Shown here: positions 18,715-27,965 of the stretch, piece by piece
Layout: every line of letters starts with the position of its first letter
Position numbering within the stretch: position 1 is the first letter of the stretch
From: an uncultured virus (IMG/VR IMGVR_UViG_3300030616_000820)
Lineage: Duplodnaviria > Heunggongvirae > Uroviricota > Caudoviricetes
Strand: one strand, 5' to 3'
Length of the DNA: 54,602 nucleotides
IMG/VR virus record: IMGVR_UViG_3300030616_000820
Notes under the pieces: generated by a model
What the model saw: only the letters and a program-made list of their open reading frames with translations
The model's database searches: none
What the model was told of the DNA's origin: nothing
Translations under genes and position numbers: made by a program

Positions 18715-21700
18715 TAATATTTATAATATTTGTATGCCTTTTTGCATTGACAGTTAATGCTATGGCAGAAGAAATCTGGTCAGATACATGGGAATTTGAA
18801 TATGAAGAATCACAGAAAGACGAAAGTACTATAGAAACTCAATATGAAACTCAGGCATTTAATAGATATGCAACTTTAAATTTTAGTGCTAAAGCAAGCA
18901 CCACACAACAAACTGTTTTTATTGCATATACAACACTAGAGTTTGGTGCTAAAGCAAGTATAACTGCTCAAGGAAATACACCACCGACAAATTCAGACCC
19001 ATCTCCTGCAAACGATTCAACAGGCATTGGTTTAAATTCTGCTTTAAATATAACAGTAAGTGATGCAGATGCAAATACAATGAACCAAAGTTTTTGGACA
19101 AACCAATCTGGAACTTGGCGTCCTCTTGCATATAATAATAATACAGCAAATGCATCATTAGAAAATTCAACAACCGACTTTAATATTTACAACACAAAAT
19201 ATTATTGGTCTTCAAATTTAACTGACGGACAAGGTAATTGGGTTAACAATACTTATCATTTTACAACTCAAACCATACCTGCAATTGTAGTTGTTAATGA
19301 ATCAACACATATAGAAGAACAAAATGCAACATTGCATGGTTACTTACAACACAATGGTTCAGATAGAACATATTGTTATTTTGAATTAGACGATGCAGAT
19401 GATTTTACTGACCCACTAATAAATCATTCAGTTGGTTATATTGATGACAAAGGTGCATTTTCTTATAATGCATCTGGATTAGATAACGGAACAATCTATT
19501 ATGTTAGAACAAAAACAAATGACAGTTATGGATGGAACACTTCCGCAACTACTGATTACTTATTAACAAAACCACAACCTGCGACTTCTATTAATATAGC
19601 AAATATTAGTGGTGGGTTTAATATATCTTGGACACATGGAGATGGAAACAATGGAAGTTATTTAGCTTATAGAATAGCTAATTATCCAGTTAACCCACCA
19701 GGAGATGCATTAAATACTCAAATTTATTTAGGACCAAAGAATTATTATGAACATACTGGTTTGACAGACGGAGTAACTTATCATTATAGAGTTTGGGAAA
19801 GAGCAAATTGTACTACACCAGAAGCAATGGTTCAATATTCAGATGGAAATGAATCTTCATTTAAAACATATAGTGATGTATTACCTGTTTTTTCACATGA
19901 AAATCCAGAAGATACTGCAACAGGTGTTTCTACAGACTTAGCACAATGGAATGTTACAATAGCTCATATTACAGGTTCTTTTGATTGGTCAATTGTAACT
20001 TCACCAGATGTTGGTTCAAATTCTGCAAATGGTGATTCAAATGGAAGTAAACATGTAACAGTTTCAGGTAATTTAAGTGCAGGAACATTATATACAGTAT
20101 ATGTAAATGCAACTGGTGGAACTGGTTGGAACAACCAAACATATACATTTTCAACTCAAACTTTAAACTTTACAGTTTATGATACGTTATCTTTTAGTGG
20201 TATGTGCGAAGTTCAAGGAGATAATCCTATTTTAACAAATGAATATCCATCAGATGGCTCAACAGATTCAGCAATAACCACAATGTTAAACATAACAATA
20301 AATGACCCACAAGCTCAAACAATGAACATAACTTGGTTAACAAATGAATCTGGTAATTGGGTTGCTTTTGCATATAATTCAACAGTTGCATCTGGTTCTA
20401 CTTGTAGACAAGAAGCAGATTGGGCAACAGATGGTGAAACCAAATACTGGTGGAATGTTTCAGTAAATGATACATCAAATCATTGGACAAATGAAACATA
20501 TCATTTTACAACAGAATCAGACAGACCAGAACTTACTCCAACACCTGCAAATGAATCCACAGGCCAAGATATGTATGTAATGTTAAATTTAACAGTTACA
20601 GACCCACAAGGAGACACAATGAATGTTTCATGGTCTACAAATGCTTCGGGCTCATGGGTATATCATAATGCAACTGTTACATCTGGTTCTTATGCAAAGC
20701 AGAGAGCAATATTTGCAAATGCATCAAATACAAAGTATTGGTGGACTGTAAGAGTTAATGATACTGATAACCATTGGACCAACGAAACCTTTTGGTTTTC
20801 AACTGCAACATATACTTGGGGTGATTGGTCAGAATGGTGGACATTTAATTATACCTGTTGCAATCCTTATGATTTTGATGCTTCATTTTATAATTCAACA
20901 GTTATTAATTTAACTTGGGCAAACTGTGTATCTGCAGGTTGCGATAAAAATGTTTTAATTAGAAATGAATCTGGTTGGGAAGATGCAACATATCCAATAT
21001 CGCCAACAAACGGAACAGAAATATATAATGGAACATTGGAGGCATTTAATGATACATCTCTTTCACCTTGCACAAATTATTATTATAGTTTATGGGGATG
21101 GAATGAAACAACATCTAATTATTCATTAAACTATACTTTTGCTTTTAATAGAACAAACTGTCCACCACAAATAAATCTTATATATCCAAGCAATTCAACT
21201 GGTAGCATATCAAAGAGACCAACTTGCAGAATCTATGCAAATGATAGTAATGGTGGTACATTAGATGTTTATTGGCTTGAAAATACAACAGGTCCATATG
21301 TAATAAGAAACATTAACTATACTGTATCTGCAAATAGTTCTGTATCATATAAATTTACTCAATTTAATGATTATTCAACAACTTATTATTGGAGAGTATA
21401 TATTAATGATGGAATAGAAAACATAACCAATTGGTTTAATTTTACAACTGCATCAAATACACCACCTACACAAGACCATGAAGAACCCGCAAACGATAGT
21501 GAAGGAAAGTCATTAACTCCAGAGTTAAATATTACTGTTAATGATGATAATCATGATTTGTTAAATGTTTCTTGGTGGTCAAATTCATCCGGTGCTTGGA
21601 TTTGGTTTGCAGAAAATTTAAGTATAGACCCATCAAGTGGTGCAGTAAACATTAAACAAACAAATTCAAACTTTTCTGTTTTAGATACTAAATATTGGTG

Positions 21701-22256
21701 GAGTGTTAATTTAAGCGATGGAACAACTTGGGTTAATGATACATATAATTTTAAGACTGCTGATATAAGCATTGCAAATGAATATCCTGTTAATGAATCA
21801 ACAGGAGTTGAAAGACCAGCAACAAACTTTAGTGTAAACATTACAGGAACAAATCTTGATATATATTTCTATTATGTTAATTACAGTCAGACATCAAATA
21901 CTACATATTTAATTGAAAGTTGGACAGGAGAATCAACTGGTAGATTTGAATATATAACTCCTACAATACCAGATAGAACAGACTTTATGTGGGGAAATAC
22001 AAAATATTATTGGACTGTAAATGTAACAGATGGTTCAACTTGGGTAAATAAGTCTTATAATTTTATGTCTATTGCAACAGCAGGAGGAAAAAATGCAAGA
22101 CTTGATGTGCAGCTTCCATTATCTCTTTTAAATATTGGTGATGCACAAGCAGCTTGGAATGCTGTTCCAGCAGCATATAATAGATTATACGATGTGCAAC
22201 TTCCACATGGATTAATAAATGTTGGTGATGCACAGGCAATTTGGAATGACGTATAA
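18699..22256 (+). CDS. Giant secreted Fn3/Ig-repeat glycoprotein with C-terminal dockerin-like duplication; probable ATT start
   Basis: ATT at 18699, 4 nt after GGTGA, restores the signal peptide INKRLIIFIIFVCLFALTVNA; repeated P.N.S...LNITV.D...KYWW.V.V.D...W.N.T..F.T modules; terminal DVQLP..LNIGDAQ twice. Confidence 0.75.
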   Translation: MNKRLIIFIIFVCLFALTVNAMAEEIWSDTWEFEYEESQKDESTIETQYETQAFNRYATLNFSAKASTTQQTVFIAYTTLEFGAKASITAQGNTPPTNSDPSPANDSTGIGLNSALNITVSDADANTMNQSFWTNQSGTWRPLAYNNNTANASLENSTTDFNIYNTKYYWSSNLTDGQGNWVNNTYHFTTQTIPAIVVVNESTHIEEQNATLHGYLQHNGSDRTYCYFELDDADDFTDPLINHSVGYIDDKGAFSYNASGLDNGTIYYVRTKTNDSYGWNTSATTDYLLTKPQPATSINIANISGGFNISWTHGDGNNGSYLAYRIANYPVNPPGDALNTQIYLGPKNYYEHTGLTDGVTYHYRVWERANCTTPEAMVQYSDGNESSFKTYSDVLPVFSHENPEDTATGVSTDLAQWNVTIAHITGSFDWSIVTSPDVGSNSANGDSNGSKHVTVSGNLSAGTLYTVYVNATGGTGWNNQTYTFSTQTLNFTVYDTLSFSGMCEVQGDNPILTNEYPSDGSTDSAITTMLNITINDPQAQTMNITWLTNESGNWVAFAYNSTVASGSTCRQEADWATDGETKYWWNVSVNDTSNHWTNETYHFTTESDRPELTPTPANESTGQDMYVMLNLTVTDPQGDTMNVSWSTNASGSWVYHNATVTSGSYAKQRAIFANASNTKYWWTVRVNDTDNHWTNETFWFSTATYTWGDWSEWWTFNYTCCNPYDFDASFYNSTVINLTWANCVSAGCDKNVLIRNESGWEDATYPISPTNGTEIYNGTLEAFNDTSLSPCTNYYYSLWGWNETTSNYSLNYTFAFNRTNCPPQINLIYPSNSTGSISKRPTCRIYANDSNGGTLDVYWLENTTGPYVIRNINYTVSANSSVSYKFTQFNDYSTTYYWRVYINDGIENITNWFNFTTASNTPPTQDHEEPANDSEGKSLTPELNITVNDDNHDLLNVSWWSNSSGAWIWFAENLSIDPSSGAVNIKQTNSNFSVLDTKYWWSVNLSDGTTWVNDTYNFKTADISIANEYPVNESTGVERPATNFSVNITGTNLDIYFYYVNYSQTSNTTYLIESWTGESTGRFEYITPTIPDRTDFMWGNTKYYWTVNVTDGSTWVNKSYNFMSIATAGGKNARLDVQLPLSLLNIGDAQAAWNAVPAAYNRLYDVQLPHGLINVGDAQAIWNDV

Positions 22257-22258
22257 TT

Positions 22259-25200
22259 ATGAACAAACACAAATCAATACAAAAAAAGACCTTTGCTGTT
22301 ATAATTATATCTTTATTATTTATAATTAGTTTTTCTTCTATCAACTCTGCAGACTTTGAAACAGAAAAATATGAAAAAGAAGACTATGAAACTCAAGCAT
22401 CCACTCCTTCTATAAATAGTTATTATATATCACCAGACTGGAATGGATGTTCTGTTATATTTATTTCTAATCAATCAGATAGCCATTTAAGAATGGCTTT
22501 TGCAAAAAATGAAAGTTTTAATGACTCTGTATATTATTGGGACAATACATCTATAGATATTGGTGGTGGTGAATACAGATATGATTCTTCAGATATGGCA
22601 AATGCTTTAACGCCAAATGCAAAATATTATTATAATTTTACAATTATGAATGGAACAGACACTTCTTTTAATCAATCTACAAATTATTCAATCAGATTAT
22701 GGGATTTAAATATAACATTAGAAAATCCTTCGGATAGAACATATGAACAAATACCTAATAGCCCTGTTTATTTAAATGTTACAGTTAATTCAACAATTGG
22801 TTCTAAATTTAATGTTACTTGGTATAGTGGATATTATTTTGATGCAACATATTTAACTCAACAAAATTATTCAAATAATGCAACACTAAGTCATGCTTGG
22901 ATGAATGTTACAGAATATGGAAAAAAATATTTATGGTGTATTAAAGCAGAAACTTGTTATCCAAGAGCTTTGCCAGATAATGGAGAAGAAAGAGTAAGAG
23001 ATACTTTTACAAAAGAACGTGGTGGTTGGGGAGAAAGAAATAATTGGACTTTTTGGACACAAAACGATACAATTACTTTTACTTTAGTAGAACCTTTAAA
23101 CATTAGTATATCAGATGTAGAAGAAGTAAATATAACTTGGAACATTTCTACTAAAGGAACAAGAATTAATATTACAGAAGTTACAACCGGAAACGGAACA
23201 TTTACAACTACAAATACATCTTGGGTTTCAGAATATGGAACTGATTATACTTGGGTTGTTTGTGTTAATGAAACAGGTTCTATTCATTGGAGAAATTTAT
23301 CCTTTTTATTCAGAACAGAAGAAGACCCATTAGAAAACTGGATATTAAAGCCAGGATATGATAACTGTACATATGGTGTTCCTGACTTTGACCAAAAACA
23401 AGATGAATGGAGAAATCCTGTAGATGGTAATTGGGTTTATTGTGGGCCAACTGCTTTAGCTGATTGTTTATGGTGGCTTGATTGTAAATATAACAATATA
23501 ACTAAAGATTACTTTATACCTGATTGGTGTGGAAAGGGTTCAAAACATCCTGACAATGTTTATTATTTAATTAATATAACAGCACAGTTTGTAAATACCA
23601 CAAAGGCGGAAGCAGCAGATGAACCATCTGGAACATTAGCTGAAAACTTCACTCATGGAATTTGGAATATATTTGAACATTATGGTTTAAATGGAACTTT
23701 CTTTAATCTTACAATGGAAGGATATACTTTTGGTGAAAACTGGGATGAAGAATCGGTTAATTATACAAACATAACAGAACAGATAGATAATTGTAGTGAT
23801 GTTTTGTTATTACTTGGGTTTTGGTGTGAAGTGCCAGGAGGTGGATGGCAAAGAATAGGTGGGCATTATGTGCAGTGCAATGGATATAATAGTGATAATT
23901 GGACATTAAGTTTATCTGACCCATATAAAGATAGTGCAGAAGAAGGAAATTGGGGTTGGAAGTCGCCACATACTGTACATCCTAATTTTAATGGTTCACA
24001 TAACAATACAGATAATGTAAGTTATGACTTTTATTATGTTTCTTATATGCCTCCTGCATTTTCGGGTTTTGCTAATTTTATACAATTAGATAATTATTTA
24101 GATGATATGGGAAACATATCTGAAAATTGGTCAAAGCAAAATAGATATGACAATGTTCAAAATTATGAACCAGAAGGACAAACCTGTGTAAATATGGCTG
24201 CTGTTGTAGAAATTGCTTGGTATATAGAAGGTCCGCAGAATTGTAATGTATCAATCAATAAGAAAGTTTGGAATGGTTCTGCTTGGGTAGTTAATTATAC
24301 AAACCCAGAAGTTGGTAGTACAATAACTACAAATATTAGTGTGCAGAATTTTGGTGGTGAAGTTAGAAGTTTATATTTAGCAGATAGTTATACTGATGCA
24401 TTTTTATATCAATCAGGAACTTCTGTAATTCATTTACCAGATGGCACTTCATATTCAAGACCTCCTAATTCTACTTATGTTTGTAGTGGTGAAACTTGTG
24501 AAGAAGCACAACATGGTGGGATGTATTGGTATCTTAATTATAGTGAAGGACATTTAGATTTTGGTGAAACATTATATATACATACAAACTGGACAGTTAA
24601 TAATTCAAGATATAGTTATAATACTGTAAATGGATATGCTTGTACAGAAAATGACTCTTGTTTTTGGCCTAATGTATCTTGTTCATTAGATACTGTTTCT
24701 TGTTATATTAACGAAAGAATTAATACTTCTATTGAATGCAATATCAATTATACAGAAAACAGCACATGGCTTGTTTCTGAATATGTGCATAGAAATTGCA
24801 CAGAAAATCCTTGTTTAGATGAAAGATGGAAAGAATATGAATCAGAATTTGGGAAGTGGTTTTCTACAAGCACTGGAGAAGAAAGATATAATTGGGTGTA
24901 TAGATATTCTGATGCAGACGGAAGTGGTGGCGACCATTTAGGTTTAAGTTATACAATAGCTGAAAATTCATCTTCCAATCGTTCACAGATAATATCATTT
25001 TTGAGAAATTCTTATGTTCCTACAGATGATAATGAGTCATTTATTGGGATTATTTACTCATTTTATAATAATAGTTATTATGATATGGTTTTGTATGGAG
25101 ATAATGTTATATATCTATTATCAAAAAGAGGAAATTGGTTATTTAATTCAGAGGACAGTTCTCCAGTAACTAATAAATCATATGCATATAATTATTATTA

Positions 25201-27952
25201 TTCAGAATGGCCATGTAATGATACTCTTTATATAGATATATCACCAGAAGATGAAGGAATTTGGACTAAAATACTTTATAATGACCTTTGTAAAAATATA
25301 AGTGTAAAGGCTTGGAATGAAGATGCTCTTAATTTTAGTAAATGTCATGAACCGGCAGGTTGGGTTTTAAATAAAACAATAGATTGTGAACCTTTAGTTG
25401 CTGGTTTTCCATTTATAGATGATGACCATTGGGATTTAGATGCTAATCATCCAAATCTTACTTCTGAAATATCTGCGATTGGTCAATCTTTTACAACACC
25501 AGAAGAATTAAATTACAAACTTGTTAAAACTACATTTTATTTAGAAAGAGAGGGAAGCCTTAATGGAAACATAACTGCTGCTTTATATAATGCAACATCT
25601 TGTTCAGGGCATCCAAATTCTTCTACTGCAGATGTTGGTCTACCTTTAGCTATAAGTGAACCAGTTGATTGTACAGATATATCAAATACATCAACAGATG
25701 AAATAACATTCTTCTTTTTAGATGACCAACAATATTTAATGGAAGCTAACCACGAATATGTTATGGCTGTTTATATAACAAACAGTACTAATTTTAGTAT
25801 AACAAATTATATGAAAGTTAGAGATGTAAGCGATTATGATTATCCTGGTAATGAGGCTTTTTATGAATCAGGAGATTGGACATGCTTTGATGCTTATGAT
25901 GTTTGTTTTTATGTTTTTGGTACAAATGATTCATTTAACAACTCAAAGTGCTTTGGTTTGGCATATTGGAATGCTGATGGTGTATCTACTATTCTTGCTG
26001 ATTATGACTATATTGATGTTTATAAATTAAATTATTCAAGAGACCCAGAAGCAACAACCGAACAATTAGAAAATCACTCTGTTTATGGTTCTGATGGAAT
26101 ACCTTTAATGTATTTTCCTGCATGTAATTATAGTCAGATTACAAAACAACAACAATTATTTGCCTATTTATATTCAGAATGGCAAGTAGGAAATATTTCA
26201 AATGGAACATTTAGAGATATGGCTGCTTGTGTTTATAGAAATGTTTCAGATTTATCAAATATGGAATCTAGAGAAAAACTTCATTATAATATAGATTGTA
26301 GTGAACCTACTCAAAACGGAAATCAAAACGATACTGTATATTATTATGTTGGTTCTTCAACAAATATGTCTATAGACCATGATTTTAATACTGCTCTTGG
26401 TATACAGATAGATGCTTGTAATGATGGGACAAACGACAGTTATGATGGTGCAACAATAGCTATTGATGTAGACAATGATATGTCTTGGGATGATAATGAT
26501 ATAGCAATTAATTGGTATAGAATAGGTTTAGACATACATTATATGGTTTATAATGGAACACATGAAAAACATAGAGGAATATTATCTGCAGTTGAACCAG
26601 ATATGTATATTGGTCTTACTACTTCATTTGTGGATTGCGATTTACATAATTGGAATGTTAATTATTCTTCTTTCTTGCCTGCACTTCATAGATATAGTGG
26701 TTATAATGTTTATAGTGCAATAATACCATCATTTTACTTAGAAAAGGGACATGTTGGTTCTGGAAATTACCTTAATGCAAATGATACTTTTGGTTTACAT
26801 ATTATGAGTGTTGATTCTGAAAATAGGTCTACTACTATTTGGGAAAACTGGAATGAATCTGATTGTAATACTTATACAGATGAATGTGACGCAGATTTAA
26901 TGTGGGACATGTATTTGAATCTTAGTAGTATTGCAGAAGTATCTGATTTTTATACTGGTATTTGGTCTGGTGTTAATGATTCACAAATACAATATTGGGG
27001 TCATGGCAGAATTGGTTCTGAAATGGGTTATATGACAGAAAGTGCATTTAAACTTAATATAACTAAAACTGCAAATTGGACTCATTTAAAAAATACTACA
27101 CATAATAATACAGTTAATTATACAGTTGTAGTATGTAATAATGGAACATTGCCATTAACAAATATTACAGTTGAAGACTCTTTGCCAAACTGTTGTGAAT
27201 ATATAAATTCATCTTTACCAATTGTAGATGTTACAGGTTTAGATAGGAATTGGACTTTTAATGTTACTTTACAATTAAATGCTTCAAACTGTACTACTTT
27301 TAATATTACTGTTAATTTTACAGCAGGTTGTGATGTGCCAAGTGGAACAATCTTATATAATACAGTATTTGCAAATTGTAGTCAAGGTGCAACTGCAACG
27401 GCATATGAAGGAGTTCAATATGGAAATAATACTGCACCCAACATAACTGCAACATATCCTGTTAATGGTTCAAGTGGTGTTGGTTTATTATTGTCACAAA
27501 TTAATGCTACTGTTGAAGATGCAAACGCAGATACAATGGATGTTTATTTCTTTACAAATAAAACAATAGATTTAGATGGAAGTGGAATTCCAGTAAGTAG
27601 TTGGCATCCCATAGGAACAAATTTTACTGTTGGAAATGGAACTTATAAATGTAATCAAATATTTGATATGGCTGACGATGGAAACCATACAAGATGGAGA
27701 TGGGGAAGCACTACATATTGGTTTAATGTTTCTGTTACAGATGGAAAGATATGGACAAATAAAACATTCTCATATACAACAAGTTTATCTAGATGTGATG
27801 TACAGTCTCCATTAGGAATTGTTACAATTGGTGATGCACAAGCAGTATGGAGTCATGTACCTTTAGCTTATGATGGTATTTACGATGTCCAATCACCTTG
27901 GACATTAATTAATATTGCAGATGCACAGTATGTGTGGTCTCAATCAGATTAG
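22259..27952 (+). CDS. Giant secreted multidomain protein: Fn3/Ig repeats, papain-fold (C39-like) peptidase, DUF11-like domains, C-terminal dockerin-like duplication
   Basis: VPDFDQ...YCGPTALADCLWW...GGHYVQCNGY...LSDPY (Cys-His-Asp); LNITKTA...VNYTVVVCNNG...NITVEDSLP; DVQSP...IGDAQ/IADAQ duplication. Confidence 0.75.
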   Translation: MNKHKSIQKKTFAVIIISLLFIISFSSINSADFETEKYEKEDYETQASTPSINSYYISPDWNGCSVIFISNQSDSHLRMAFAKNESFNDSVYYWDNTSIDIGGGEYRYDSSDMANALTPNAKYYYNFTIMNGTDTSFNQSTNYSIRLWDLNITLENPSDRTYEQIPNSPVYLNVTVNSTIGSKFNVTWYSGYYFDATYLTQQNYSNNATLSHAWMNVTEYGKKYLWCIKAETCYPRALPDNGEERVRDTFTKERGGWGERNNWTFWTQNDTITFTLVEPLNISISDVEEVNITWNISTKGTRINITEVTTGNGTFTTTNTSWVSEYGTDYTWVVCVNETGSIHWRNLSFLFRTEEDPLENWILKPGYDNCTYGVPDFDQKQDEWRNPVDGNWVYCGPTALADCLWWLDCKYNNITKDYFIPDWCGKGSKHPDNVYYLINITAQFVNTTKAEAADEPSGTLAENFTHGIWNIFEHYGLNGTFFNLTMEGYTFGENWDEESVNYTNITEQIDNCSDVLLLLGFWCEVPGGGWQRIGGHYVQCNGYNSDNWTLSLSDPYKDSAEEGNWGWKSPHTVHPNFNGSHNNTDNVSYDFYYVSYMPPAFSGFANFIQLDNYLDDMGNISENWSKQNRYDNVQNYEPEGQTCVNMAAVVEIAWYIEGPQNCNVSINKKVWNGSAWVVNYTNPEVGSTITTNISVQNFGGEVRSLYLADSYTDAFLYQSGTSVIHLPDGTSYSRPPNSTYVCSGETCEEAQHGGMYWYLNYSEGHLDFGETLYIHTNWTVNNSRYSYNTVNGYACTENDSCFWPNVSCSLDTVSCYINERINTSIECNINYTENSTWLVSEYVHRNCTENPCLDERWKEYESEFGKWFSTSTGEERYNWVYRYSDADGSGGDHLGLSYTIAENSSSNRSQIISFLRNSYVPTDDNESFIGIIYSFYNNSYYDMVLYGDNVIYLLSKRGNWLFNSEDSSPVTNKSYAYNYYYSEWPCNDTLYIDISPEDEGIWTKILYNDLCKNISVKAWNEDALNFSKCHEPAGWVLNKTIDCEPLVAGFPFIDDDHWDLDANHPNLTSEISAIGQSFTTPEELNYKLVKTTFYLEREGSLNGNITAALYNATSCSGHPNSSTADVGLPLAISEPVDCTDISNTSTDEITFFFLDDQQYLMEANHEYVMAVYITNSTNFSITNYMKVRDVSDYDYPGNEAFYESGDWTCFDAYDVCFYVFGTNDSFNNSKCFGLAYWNADGVSTILADYDYIDVYKLNYSRDPEATTEQLENHSVYGSDGIPLMYFPACNYSQITKQQQLFAYLYSEWQVGNISNGTFRDMAACVYRNVSDLSNMESREKLHYNIDCSEPTQNGNQNDTVYYYVGSSTNMSIDHDFNTALGIQIDACNDGTNDSYDGATIAIDVDNDMSWDDNDIAINWYRIGLDIHYMVYNGTHEKHRGILSAVEPDMYIGLTTSFVDCDLHNWNVNYSSFLPALHRYSGYNVYSAIIPSFYLEKGHVGSGNYLNANDTFGLHIMSVDSENRSTTIWENWNESDCNTYTDECDADLMWDMYLNLSSIAEVSDFYTGIWSGVNDSQIQYWGHGRIGSEMGYMTESAFKLNITKTANWTHLKNTTHNNTVNYTVVVCNNGTLPLTNITVEDSLPNCCEYINSSLPIVDVTGLDRNWTFNVTLQLNASNCTTFNITVNFTAGCDVPSGTILYNTVFANCSQGATATAYEGVQYGNNTAPNITATYPVNGSSGVGLLLSQINATVEDANADTMDVYFFTNKTIDLDGSGIPVSSWHPIGTNFTVGNGTYKCNQIFDMADDGNHTRWRWGSTTYWFNVSVTDGKIWTNKTFSYTTSLSRCDVQSPLGIVTIGDAQAVWSHVPLAYDGIYDVQSPWTLINIADAQYVWSQSD

Positions 27953-27965
27953 GGAGATGTAAGAA

